NCBI RefSeq assembly: GCF_039654945.1
Contig: NW_027361802.1
Coordinates: 9,486,001 to 9,550,000 of the forward strand
DNA: 64,000 nt
From: Dendrobates tinctorius
Lineage: Eukaryota
Direction: 5' to 3'
Made by a program: the position numbers and the translations under genes. Numbering within the stretch: the first letter of the stretch is position 1; each line of letters starts with the position of its first letter. The notes below the pieces were generated by a model, which saw only the letters and a program-made list of their open reading frames with translations, made no database searches and was not told the origin of the DNA. Positions 52,710 through 64,000 of this stretch are shown here, in pieces.

Positions 52710-55700
52710 AGGCAGTGCAGTTTGTATGTCTCTGTGTGGGCAATTTTATTGCTGGTATATTGTTTTTGTAGCGCTGTATATATGTTGGTATTTTACTAAT
52801 AGCAATTTTGAATCCCTAGGAAACAATGATATCAAGAAAGAGAAAAAATTGACTCGAAGTGTAGGATATTCGAACCCCAAAAATCGGTAAGTTTCATGAT
52901 TTAACTTCATTTTTAATATTGTATTTGTTCCTATTTTTGTTTTATTACCTCTAAATAAGATATGTTCAGTGTGCACAGGAATTTATTCATAATTTTTTTT
53001 AAACTATATTCCGGCCCTCCAATGGTCCGAGGGACCGTGATCTGGCCCCCTGTTTAAAAAGTTTGAGGACCCCTGGTTTAGATGATCTTGTTGAAACTGT
53101 GTCAATGTTCTTTCATTCATCACATGCGCTGTGTTGTGCATACGCTACAGCTGGCTATAAGAGACAGTCTGCAAGAAGGACATGCTGCTGCACTGATTGG
53201 CAAGGTGAGAAAATTGGCTACTGTTGCCAGAACCCCTAAAGTTGACTCAATTTTGAAGAGACGTGCTGGAAAAGGGGCAATTATTGATCAAGCCACACGA
53301 TGGGGCAGTACTTACTTAATGATTCAGCGCTTGGTTGAACTGAAAACCTTTCTTGTAGACATGGCTAACCCTCAACTGATGCTAAATGAAAGTCAGTGGA
53401 ATCAGGTGACTGAGCTGGAAAAATTGCTAGAGCACCCATTTACAGTGACTAAAAAATTACAAGAAGAGGACTTAACTCCAGGTATTTTCTTAAAGGAGTG
53501 GAAGAACCTGATGTTTCGCCTGTCCCAAAGAGGAGGGTTAATTGCAAGTGGCATTGCTACATCAATGAAACGGAGAGAGGAGCTACTATTACAAAATAAC
53601 ATTCTTTTGGCAGCTGTTTATGTAGACCCAATGCATCGGATTCTTCTAGATGATCAACAGCTAAGTAAAGGAAAAGAAGCTCTGTTTGAAATAGCAGTAA
53701 GGATGAAAGGGTTGCAGAACAGTCAGGAGGAACAAGAAGAATTTGGTCGTCCTGCCACATCTTCACCCTCATCATCAACTGATGAAGAATTTAATTTCGA
53801 AAAATATTTGGATCACAAGGACCGTGCAAAGCGTTCCCGCATAGAAGAAGAGTCATCCCCATCAAGGAACACAGCCAGTACATTTCAGCAGAATTTTTCA
53901 TGTGCACTAAAAGAAATTGAGAAATTTGACCGTTCATCAAAAATAACAGTGCAACAAGCGATTCCTCTGTATCCTGACATTGTCAGAGATGTTGCCCAAG
54001 TGGTTACTGTTTTGCCACCAACACAAGTTAGTGTAGAGAGGTTGTTCTCTGCTCTCAAAATAATTAGATCAGATTTGAGGGCATCCATGAAGGAGGATCT
54101 GACAGAGGCAATACTTTTTCTGAGGACAAATTTATAGATTTCTTCTTATTAACTGCATAAAAGTGTTTATTGCATATTTACTTACAGTTTAGAAAAGTTT
54201 ATAAAAGTTATTTGCTATATTCTAATTGTATTCTAATAAATGTAGTTTTTGCTCTAAGTGGTCTGATTACTTATATGATGGTGAGAAACTGAATAAGCAC
54301 GATGTTTAATATTTTACAACAGTAAATTTGTTGTTATGAATTGGCCATTTATGAAGGAGTCGGAGCCGGAGTCGGAGCCTGATAAAATCCAGGAGTCAGA
54401 GTCCACAGCCCTGAATGAGGTATCGCTGTAACCGTACTGACCCGAAGAATAAAACCGCTTTATCAATTTTACCGCACGCGGAACGGTGTAAGCGCACCCC
54501 CCAAAAGAAATTCATGAAACGGTGGTTTTTGTTCATTCTGCGTCCCAAAAATCAGAATAAGAAGCGATCAAAAGATGTCACATGCCCGAACATGATACCA
54601 ATAAAAGCGTCAACTCGTCCCGCAAAAAATAAGACCTCACATGACTCAGTGGGTCAAAATACGGAAAAATTATAGCTCTCAATATGTGGTGATGCAAAAA
54701 CTATTTTTACAATAAAAAGAGTCTTTTAGCGTGTGACAGCTGCCAAACATAAAAACCCGCCATAAATAGTAAATCAAACCCCCCGTTATCACCCCCTTAG
54801 TTAGAGAAAAATAATAAAATTTTAAAAAAAAATGTATTTCCATTTTCCCATTAGGTTTAGGGCTAGGATTAGGGCTGAGATTAGGGTTAGGGGTGTGTTG
54901 GGGTTAGAATTGGGGGGTTTCCACTGTTTGGGCACATCAGGTGCTCTCCAAACGCAACATGGTGTCTGATCTCAATTCCAGCCAATTCTGCGTTGAAAAA
55001 GTCAAATGGTGCTCCTTCCCTTCCAAGCTCTGCCATGCGCCCAAACAGTGTTTTACCCCCACATATGGGGTATCAGTGTACTCAGGACAAATTGCACAAA
55101 AACTTTTAGGGTCCTGTTACCCTTGGGAAAGTAAGAATTGAGGGAGAAAAGATCATTTTTGTGGAAAAAATATGATTTTATAATTTGCATCTAGATAAGT
55201 TCCTTGGGGGGGGGTCTAGTTTCCAAAATGGTGTCATTTGTGGGGGGTTTCCACTGTTCTGGTACATCAGGGGCTTTCCAAACGCGACATGGTGTCCGAT
55301 CTCAATTCCAGCCAATAAAGTCAAATGGCACGGCTTCCCTTCCGAGCTCTGCCATGCGCCCAAATAGTCATTTACCCCCACATATGGGGTATCAGCGTAC
55401 TCAGGACAAATTGCACAATAACTTTTAGGGTCCTGTTACCCTTGGGAAAATAAAAATTGGGGGTGAAAAGATCATTTTTGTGGAAAAAATATGATTTTTT
55501 AATTGTACCGCTGTACGTTATAAACTTCTGTGAAGCCCTTGTGGGTTCAAAGTTCTCACCACATATCTAGATAAGTTCCTTGGGGGGTCTAGTTTCCAAA
55601 ATGGGGTCACTTGTGGGGGGTTTCCACTGTTTAGGCACATCAGAGGCTCTCCAAACGTGACATGGCGTCCGATCAGAATTCCAGCCAATTTTGCATTGAA

Positions 55701-56526
55701 AAAGTCGAACGGCGCTCCTTCCCTTCTGAGCTCTGCCATGTGCCGAAACAGTGGTTCCCCCCCCACATATCAGGTATCAGCGTACTCAGGACAAATTGCA
55801 CAATAACTTTTCCTGTCCATTTTCTCCTTTTACCCTTGGTAAAATAAAAATTGAACCTGAAGTACTTTTTTTGTGCAAAAAAGTTAAATGTTCATTTTTT
55901 TTAAATATTCAAAAAATTCCTGTGAAGCACCTGAAGGGTTAATAAACTTCTTGAATGTGGTTTTGAGCACCTTGAGGGGTGCAGTTTTTAGAATGGTGTC
56001 ACTTTTGGGTATTTTCTATCATATAGACCCCTCAAAGTGGCTTCAAATGTGATGTGGTCCGTAACAATAAAATGGTGTTGTAAAAATGAGAAATCGCTGG
56101 TCAACTTTTAACCCTTATAACTTCCTAACAAAAAAAAATTTTGGTTCCAAAATTGTGCTGATGTAAAGTAAACATGTGGGAAATGTTAGTTATCAAGTTT
56201 TTTGTGTGCCGTATCTCTGTGATTTAAGGGCATAAAAATTCAAAGTTGGAAAATTGCAAAATTTTCACCAAATTTCCATTTTTTTCACAAATAAATGTAA
56301 GTTATATGAATGAAATTTTACCACTAACATGAAGCACAATATGTCATGAGAAAACAATGTCAGAATCACCAGGATCCATGGAAGCGTTTCAGAGTTATTA
56401 CCTCATAAAGGGACAGTGGTCAGAATTGTAAAAATTGGCCCGGTCATTAACATGCAAACCACCCTTGGGGGTGAAGGGGTTAAAGATGCACATTTCATTT
56501 GTATTTTAGTAAAAAAAAAAAAAACA

Positions 56527-57193
56527 CAGGTGCTTCTCACAAAATTAGAATATCATCAAAAAGTTAATTTCAGTTCTTCAATACAAAAAGTGAAACTCAT
56601 ATTACATAGCGTCATTACAAACAGAGTGATCAATTTCATGTGTTTATTTCTGTTAATGTTGATGATTATGGCTTACAGCCAATGAAAACCCAAAAGTCAT
56701 TATCTCAGTAAATTAGAATATTTTATAACACCAGCTTGGAAAATGATTTTAAAGTCCAAAATGTTGGCCTACTGAAATATATGTTCAGTAATTGCTCTTA
56801 ATACTTGGTCGTGGCTCCTTTTGCATCAATTACTGCATCAATGCGGCATGGAGGCGATCAGCCTGTGCCACTGCTGAGGTGTTATGGAAGCCCAGGTTGC
56901 TTTGATAGCAGCCTTCAGTTCGGACAGGTGCCAATTCCTGCTAGAGAATGACATTTCCATCTCCAAAAAGCTTGTCGACAGAAGGAAGCATGAAATGCTC
57001 TAAGATTTCCTGGTAGACGGCTGCGCTGACTTTAGTCTTGATAAAACACTGTGGACCTACACCAACAGATGACATGGCTCCCCAAACCATCACTGATTGT
57101 CGAAACTTCACACTAGACCTCAAGCAGCTTGGATTGTGGCCTCTCCACTCTTCCTCCAGACTCTGGGACCTTGATTTCCAAATGAAATGCAAA
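56527..57193 (-). mobile_element. Truncated Tc1-like fragment
   Basis: Terminus caggtgcttctcacaaaattagaat; ORF 56941-57192 contains SVKFRQSVMVWGAMS...YQEILEHFMLPS. Confidence 0.75.
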
Positions 57194-58003
57194 CAGGGGG
57201 GAAACAGGCCCGAGAGTGGAGTGGAGGGGGGCGGGGAAACAGGCCCGAGAGTGGAGTGGAGGGGGGCGGGGAAACAGGCCCGAGAGTGGAGTGGAGGGGG
57301 GCGGGGAAACAGGCCCGAGAGTGGAGTGGAGGGGGGGGGGGACGGGGAAACAGGCCCGAGAGTGGAGGGGGGTGGGCGGGGAAACAGGCCCGAGAGTGGA
57401 GGGGGGTGGGCGGGGAAACAGGCCCGAGAGTGGAGGGGGGTGGGCGGGGAAACAGGCCCGAGAGTGGAGGGGGGTGGGCGGGGAAACAGGCCCGAGAGTG
57501 GAGGGGGGTGGGCGGGGAAACAGGCCCGAGAGTGGAGGGGGGTGGGCGGGGAAACAGGCCCGAGAGTGGAGGGGGGTGGGCGGGGAAACAGGCCCGAGAG
57601 TGGAGGGGGGTGGGCGGGGAAACAGGCCCGAGAGTGGAGGGGGGTGGGCGGGGAAACAGGCCCGAGAGTGGAGTGGAGGGGGGGGCGGGGAAACAGGCCC
57701 GAGAGTGGAGTGGAGGGGGGGGCGGGGAAACAAGCCCGAGAGTGGACGGGGGGGGGGGCAGGGAAACAGGCCCGAGAGTGGACGGGGGGGGGCAGGGAAA
57801 CAGGCCCGAGAGTGGACGGGGGGGGGCAGGGAAACAGGCCCGAGAGTGGACGGGGGGGGGCAGGGAAACAGGCCCGAGAGTGGACGGGGGGGGGGGCAGG
57901 GAAATAGGCCCGAGAGTGGACGGGGGGGGGGGGCAGGGAAACAGGCCCGAGAGTGGACGGGGGGGGGCAGGGAAACAGGCCTGAGAGTGGACGGGGGGGG
58001 GCA
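57194..58003. repeat. G-rich ~32-35-bp minisatellite in PTAR1 intron 1
   Basis: ggggaaacaggcccgagagtgga(g/c)gggggg..gc, about 24 copies. Confidence 0.93.
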
Positions 58004-58289
58004 AGTACCGCTCTTCATTTACTCTACAGTGTTTATCCTGACACTATTCCTTTTACTTGCCAGCATATCAGCGCTGCAGCCAATCACTGGGAAGAAGGCT
58101 GCTGCAGTGGACAGACATGCTGGATTAGTGGGCAGGAGGTGTGATCCCTTATGGAGCGGCTGACAGCCCCCAGTTCTGCTCCACTGCCTGTGCTGTAAAC
58201 ATGACATCACTGATCTTCAGTGCCGGTGACACCGGGAATGCGGCCAAGCTGCGCTATTTTCTAGGTGGGTTCTCCTTTAAGTATAACTA

Positions 58290-58880
58290 CTGTTGGCGGG
58301 GGCACGTGCCATCTGCCGTTGCCATGGACACGACACTACACACAGCTCAGGTATGGACAGCGCGGTTACTACAGGACAGGACTCAAACTTTCTAAACTCC
58401 AGCGGCGCCGCCACATACGGGATACACGAGCGACGTCACGACCCCCTCAGTGACGTCACCGCCCCCACTACTCACATGTTGGGGTTCCTGCGGAAAGCAC
58501 CAGTGATGTCCTTCACCACCCGCTGGACGAGCACCTCCACCTCCTCCTTCCACTCCGCCATGTCCGCGGCTACAGGCGGAGACTCATGCGCTTCCGGGTC
58601 AGCGTGCCACTCCTCCGGTGCCGGGTGTACAGCGCCGTCCTCGGTGACCGTGCGTGCTGCCGAGTGTAGCGCTGTGCGCTTGTGGACGTGTTCTGCTGCT
58701 GCATAGGGCTCCACTCTGGGTCAGGCCCCGACGGCTGCAGACGTTATGTGAGGGCACACCAGGGGCCGCCAGAGGGCGCTCCCCACAATAAGGGAGACCA
58801 GCTTCTGTGGATCCCGTCCTGCCGCACTGACTAGAAAGCCTCAGTGTGCGATGCTTGTCTTGGCTTCCTACACGGCAGGG
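58290..58880 (-). promoter_or_regulatory. CpG-rich PTAR1 promoter / exon 1 region
   Basis: High GC and CpG density against an AT-rich background; ETS-type CCGGAAG (minus, 58591-58597); perfect CRE TGACGTCA at 58451-58458 with adjacent GC box; CTCF-like GGCCGCCAGAGGGCGCT at 58764-58780. Confidence 0.7.
58476..58561 (-). CDS. PTAR1: PTAR1 coding exon 1 (86 nt), MAEWKEEVEVLVQRVVKDITGAFRRNPN(I)
   Basis: ATG at 58561-58559 in strong Kozak context (gacATGG); donor AT|GTGAGT at 58475; peptide matches the vertebrate PTAR1 N-terminus as recalled; lies in a CpG-rich region. Confidence 0.95.
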
Positions 58881-59451
58881 GCTTAACAGTCTCACAATTC
58901 TTTATTTTTTTTATTAGTAATTTTTAAAAATTAAGTAATAAGCAAAAATGATATCCCAGTAACAAAACCCAATGCAGTGAGGAGTCCTGAGGGGTAAAGT
59001 GCACAGGTGGCGCCAACATGGCCATCGAAGGACGCTATCAAACGAATTTGGGCCGATTTTCTCTCACCAAATTCAGCCTACTTTCTGCAGGCCCACACGG
59101 GTTCTGGGCATCAAGATAGGCACACAGCCACTTTTTACTAAAATAGGTAACTAGGCCACCGATCTCACGCTGCTGGCACAGGGGAGGCTTCCCTCCAGCA
59201 AGTCCGATTAGTTTGGGTTGGCACAAATGGCTTTTGGGCATAACAGCTGGCATCAACCAATTTTTAATGATCAGCGTAACTTGCTTTTAAAGGGTTAATC
59301 AACTTTGGGCCACTAAAGAAACACCAGATAGAGATGTCCTATGTCAGAGTCACTTCACTATAGACTGGTTGATTTCAATTGGTTCTTGGCATTAAAACTG
59401 GCAACAAAGTGGCAGGTAGTCAATTTTCAAATGAACAACTGCTGTTCTTTA

Positions 59452-60338
59452 GGCTGTGTGCCCACGGTGCGTGTTAAAACGCACACCAAAAACCGGACTC
59501 CTTCCCAGAAATCGCGCGGTTTTTTTTTACCGCGATTATGATCGCGATTTTGCCGCGATTTTCGTGTGCGATATTCAAGCACTTTCCAAGCGATTTGAAG
59601 CTTCGCTTGGAAAGTGATTGACAGGTTAGTCACACTCGTCAGACATAGTGTTTGACAAGTGTGACCAGGTTTTTACTATTAAGGCCGCCTATGCGGCCTC
59701 AATAGTAAAAGATAGAATGTTAAAATGCTAAAAAAAATCGGGGTATATTTACCTTCCGGCGTCCCGCGCTGCCATCCCGGGCCTCAGCGTTCCCAGCGAT
59801 GCCTTACGCGACCTGTGATGACGTAGTCTCGTGTTGCTATAGCGATCTCGCGAGACCACGTCATTACAGGGCCTTGCCGCAAGGCATTACTGGGAACGCT
59901 TAGGCCAGGAATGCAGCGCGGGACATCGGAAGGTAAATATACCCCGATTTTTTATTCTTTTTTTAACAGGGGTATGGTACCTAGGGCCTGGAGGACAGTC
60001 TCCTCTCCTCCACACCGTGGGTACCAACCGCACATGAGACGCTTATCTTCGTGCATGGTGGGCATAGCCACATGCGGGAAGTAAGCGATTCTCATGCATT
60101 CCTATGGGTGCGGAATCGCGGCAATTCTTTGCGATTCCACACAAAAGAATGAGCATGCTGCGATTTTTTCCGCGATGCGATTCCGCCGCGGGAAAACGCA
60201 GCATTAGCACAGCATGTGCGAAATGCCATAGGAATGCATGGGGGGCGTTCTGTACACGATTTTTAAACGTTTTCGCTGCGTTTTCGCGCCGAAAATCGCG
60301 GCAAAAACGCTTAAAAATCGCTACGTGGGCACACAGCC
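59452..60338 (-). mobile_element. Harbinger-type MITE (reverse copy of 14092-14978)
   Basis: TIR GGCTGTGTGCCCACG; TTA TSD at 59449-59451 and 60339-60341. Confidence 0.88.
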
Positions 60339-61837
60339 TTAAAGGGATCCTGTCAGCAGGATTGTGCACAGTAACCTACAGGCAGTGTCAGGTCGGCGCT
60401 ACTGATTGCAAAGAAACCTTGGTTGATAAAATCCCTCTTGTGGTTGTTGTTTAATCTTTATTTTCAGTTTGTAGTTAATGATAAGCCCGTGCTCGGGGCG
60501 GCCTGTGGGGGTCTTCATGTGGTGCTCTGATTAGGTATTCATAATGCAGACTGCTGACAGGTCACTGATCCCTCAGTGACTTGCCCCCTAGTTTACATAA
60601 ATACTTGTACATGCTGAAGAAAGAGACAAAAACCCTTCTGCAGGCAAGTGCAAGCCGTAGTACCTGCGCTGCCGTATAATCGCATGTTTACCGTGTAGTT
60701 ATTACATGTGGTTGAGCTTTTCCTGTGGTTTATAACAAAAAAATTAAAATGGCGTCTGCGCAGTAGCAGCTATTGGTGTACATAGCCAAGATCCGATAGC
60801 TGCTATTGCGCAGGCACCGCCAGCCATCTTGCTATAGAAGAAAAAAATTTCCTTGCTATGAGTGCCGACCACAGGGTGGCGCTCATAGCAATCTGGCAAT
60901 GACAACCATAGAGGTCTGCTGGAGACCTCTGGTTGTCATGCCGACCCATCGGTGACCCGCATTCACGTGACGGGGTCACTAATGGGCGGAATTTCTGACA
61001 TGCTTCCGGTAACTGCGAGTTAAATTCCGCTGTCAGAGATAGCATCATTTCACTAGTTAACAGCCGTGGGTGGATCGCTATTTCACCCACGGCTGTTGCG
61101 GGCACATGTCAGCTGTATAAATCAGCTGTCGTGCCTGGAAAGGTGCGGGCTCAGTCGGAACCCGCACCAAACAGGAAGTTCGGCGTACAATTATGCTCTA
61201 TGTCGGAAATGGGTTAAACGTACCCAAGGGGAAGGCACTTGTGCAGATTTTATCGACGTGCCATATGTTTCAAAGTGCCAGGGCAGTTAAACATGTCAAT
61301 TGGACAGAGCAGGAGACAGGTAAAACATTCAAACAATCTTGATCCCAGTTTATTTGTACTCCAAAATGTATTCATCCTATGTATGTTAGGAACGGCGGAA
61401 TGCACTAAATAAAAATAATAATAAAGTGTGTTCGCCGCTCGGGGTCCCCCGTGCAGTAGGTGTTACAACCGCTGTTGAGTAATGGCAGACGAGCAATATG
61501 GCGATATAATACGCATGGGTTCAACTTCACCCGACTCTGTTCACACACAGACGCGCCGCAACAAAAACATACAAAAGGCTGAGCCTGTTAGGCCGGGGTC
61601 ACACTAACCGATGCAAAATACGGTCAGTATTTTACATGCGTAATACGGATGAATGACCCCTAAATAGTGCTCCGTATGTCATCCGTAATCAAGGTGTGGT
61701 CGCGTATTTTGCGCATGTTAGCATCCGTATGGCGAGATTTTCTCGCAGGCTTCCAAAATGGACATATAATGGAGCCCTATGACAGGGTTTATAACAGAAA
61801 CCAAAGAATAGATATAGACACATAGAATGTGTATATA

Positions 61838-63058
61838 CACTCACTGGCCACTTTATTAGGTACACCATGCTAGTAAGGGGTTGGACCCCCTTTTGCCTTC
61901 AGAACTGCCTCAATTCTTCGTGGCAGAGATTCAACAAGGTGCTGGAAGCATTCCTCAGAGATTTTGGACCATATTGACATGATGGCATCACACAGTTGGC
62001 GCAGATTTGTCGGCTGCACATCCCTGATGCGAATCTCCCATTCCACCACATCCCAAAGATGCTCTATTGGATTGAGATCTGGTGACTGAGGAGGCCATTT
62101 GAGTACAGTAAACTCATTGTCATGTTTAAGAAACCAATCTGAGATGATTCGAGCTTTATGACATGGCGCATTATCCTGCTGAAAGTAGCCATCAGATGTT
62201 GGGTACATTGTGGTCATAAAGGGATGGACATGGTCAGCAACAATACTCAGGTAGGCTGTGGCGTTGCAACGATGCTCAATTGGTACCAAGGGGCCCAAAG
62301 AGTGCCCAGAAAAAATTCCCCACACCATGACACCACCACCACCAGCCTGAACCGTTGATACAAGGCAGGATGGATCCATGCTTTCATGTTGTTTACGCCA
62401 AATTCTGACCCTACCATCCGAATGTCGCAGCAGAAATCGAGACTCATCAGACCAGGCAACGTTTTTCCAATCTTCTACTGTCCAATTTCGATGAGCTTGT
62501 GCAAATTGTAGCCTCAGTTTCCTGTTCTTAGCTGAGAGGAGTGGTACCCAGTGTGGTCTTCTTCTGCTGTAGCCCATCTGCCTCAAAGTTCGACGCACTG
62601 TGCGTTCAGAGATGCTCTTCTGCCTACCTTGGTTGTAACGGGTGGCAATTTGAGTCACTGTTGCCTTTCTATCAGCTCGAACCAGTCTGCCCATTCTCCT
62701 CTGACCTCTGGCATCAACATGGCATTTCCGGCCACAGAACTGCCGCTCACTGGATTTTTTTTCTTTTTCGGACCATTCTCTGTAAACCCTAGAGATGGTT
62801 GTGCGTGAAAATCCCAGTAGATCAGCAGTTTCTGAAATTCTCAGACCAGCCCTTCTGGCACCAACAATCATGCCACGTTCAAAGGCACTCAAATCACCTT
62901 TCTTCCCCATACTGATGCTCGGTTTGAACTGCAGGAGATTGTCTTGACCATGTCTACATGCCTAAATGCACTGAGTTGCCGCCATGTGATTGGCTGATTA
63001 GAAATTAAGTCTTAACACACAGTTGGACAGGTGTACCTAATAAAGTGGCCAGTGAGTG
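61838..63058 (-). mobile_element. Apparently intact DD36E (Incomer-type) Tc1/mariner transposon, 1221 bp
   Basis: Perfect 29-bp TIRs CACTCACTGGCCACTTTATTAGGTACACC; TA TSD; uninterrupted ORF. Confidence 0.95.
61870..62910 (-). CDS. DD36E transposase, 346 aa
   Basis: N-terminal HTH region; WSDESRF; QQD-x36-E (DNAPCH...SPDLNPIE); ATG to stop with no frameshift. Confidence 0.93.
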   Translation of the reverse strand: MGKKGDLSAFERGMIVGARRAGLRISETADLLGFSRTTISRVYREWSEKEKKSSERQFCGRKCHVDARGQRRMGRLVRADRKATVTQIATRYNQGRQKSISERTVRRTLRQMGYSRRRPHWVPLLSAKNRKLRLQFAQAHRNWTVEDWKNVAWSDESRFLLRHSDGRVRIWRKQHESMDPSCLVSTVQAGGGGVMVWGIFSGHSLGPLVPIEHRCNATAYLSIVADHVHPFMTTMYPTSDGYFQQDNAPCHKARIISDWFLKHDNEFTVLKWPPQSPDLNPIEHLWDVVEWEIRIRDVQPTNLRQLCDAIMSIWSKISEECFQHLVESLPRRIEAVLKAKGGPTPY

Positions 63059-63361
63059 TATATATATATATATATATATGTATTCTATGTGTATATATCT
63101 ATTCTTTCGTTTCTTTATTAAAACTCTCAGTGTGAGTTTACTGTATCGCGCACTGAATTGCCGACTTTGCTAAAAGACACCGGGTGCGTATTTCTCGCAA
63201 GTCACGTGTGGTCCGTGTGTAATCTGTATTTTTTGCGCACCCATACACTTGCATTGGCGTATTACGGGCGTAGTACGCTGACAATCGCAGCATGCTGCGA
63301 TTGGCACGGAGAGTAGAATACGGATGAGAAATATACGGCTAGTGCGAGGGACCCCATAGAG

Positions 63362-64000
63362 CAGTGGTCCCCAACCTTTTTTGCACCAGGGACCGGCTTG
63401 AACCAAGACCATTCTTCCATGGCCCGGCAGGGCGGGGATGGAGGTGTGACAGGGGCGGGGCTTTGGTCATAAGGGGGCGTGGCTATGGACGCGGTTGTAG
63501 TTTAGCAGTGCATATTTATCATTTAATTATAACATTTTTAATGTGACTCAACTCACCATAGGTTTTGAATGAGTGGGAGCACCTGGCTTGTTTCTCTGTT
63601 TCAGTGGGAGCACTGGGCTACTTCTACTGATGACCGTCACTGCTAATGATGATTGGAACCTACAAGGAAATGGAGCATTGAGCACTTAAGAACAATTGTA
63701 CTGGAGTACTGTACATGCTGATTATTTTCTAATCATCAGAAAATGTATGTGTGGTTCCCCCCGTCCAGCTCTGTGTGGCTCCCCCTGTTGTATGCATGGC
63801 TCCCCTGTCCCATCCTGTATACATGGCTCTGCTCCCACTCTCCCATCCTGTATACATGGCTCCGCTCCCATCCTGTATGCATGGCTCTGCTCCCACTCTT
63901 CTATCCTGTATACATGTTTCCCCTGTCCCATCCTGTATACATGGCTCTGCTCCCACTCTCCCATCCTGTATACATGGCTCCGCTCCCATCCTGTATGCAT
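63362..64000 (+). mobile_element. Start of a probable non-autonomous hAT with an internal minisatellite (63790-64000), truncated by the window edge
   Basis: Terminus cagtggtccccaacctttt; repeat cccatcctgtatacatggctctgctcccactct. Confidence 0.6.

Larger units (their letters stand above)
50272..53075. mobile_element. Non-autonomous hAT (Charlie-like termini) inflated by minisatellites
   Basis: TIRs CAGGGGTCCTCAAACT / AGTTTGAGGACCCCTG; 8-bp TSD GTTTAGAT at 50264-50271 and 53076-53083. Confidence 0.92.
49311..54137 (+). pseudogene. hAT transposase (BED-like zinc finger, DDE core, dimerisation domain), split by an insertion and frameshifts
   Basis: C-x-C...C...NLKRHLQRFH; VTDNASNM; CVVHTLQL; TRWGS; VSVERLFS; internal stop near 49936. 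Confidence 0.9.
48721..54413 (+). mobile_element. hAT transposon (disrupted autonomous copy)
   Basis: TIRs CAGGGCTGTGGA / TCCACAGCCCTG; 8-bp TSD AATGAGGT; subterminal GGAGTC repeats. Confidence 0.93.
47738..56479 (-). mobile_element. Non-autonomous piggyBac-like (TTAA) element related to 19491-23467, opposite orientation, hosting a hAT
   Basis: TTAA at 47734-47737 and 56480-56483; CCCC/GGGG termini; ~54900-56479 is homologous to the reverse complement of the 19.5-22.7 kb region. Confidence 0.75.

Noticed and set aside
50645-52890. Repetitive ORFs (LPNGDIY, QPDQCPS, SAHQCSL) and a CRISPR-like look
   Set aside because: Tandem minisatellites with no unique spacers and no cas genes, in a eukaryotic context
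53082-54137. 351-aa ORF as a domesticated ZBED-like gene
   Set aside because: It is the 3' half of a TIR- and TSD-bounded hAT with frameshifts and an insertion
57038-58163. Long Gly/Pro-rich ORFs on both strands
   Set aside because: Translations of a stop-free G-rich minisatellite
58562-58714. N-terminal extension of PTAR1 suggested by the ORF track
   Set aside because: Starts at GTG; PTAR1 similarity begins at the strong-context ATG at 58561

Overview
Vertebrate genomic DNA, AT-rich and transposon-dense, with four N-gaps. The repeat repertoire suggests a frog (inference, not database-confirmed). The one host gene is PTAR1 on the minus strand: coding exons 1-5 (86+170+67+105+214 = 642 nt, 214 codons, all GT-AG, phases consistent) span 58561 to 9757. 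The remaining 3' exons are not seen here. Nearly everything else is mobile DNA, often nested several levels deep with recoverable target-site duplications (TSDs). It includes a 5'-truncated L1 inserted at the start codon of a DD38E Tc1-like element, a second DD38E, a DD34E, an apparently intact DD36E (Incomer-type) element, a broken hAT, Helitrons, TTAA piggyBac-like elements, Harbinger and T2/Kolobok-type MITEs, Penelope-like elements (PLEs) and minisatellites. The main signal missed by the ORF track is RNA-level: four type I hammerhead ribozyme motifs and three variant-core hammerhead-like motifs in PTAR1 introns. The best (15337-15381) has a canonical core, an extended helix I with a compensatory change in a second copy, and lies on the pre-mRNA sense strand. 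I found no convincing novel protein-coding system.
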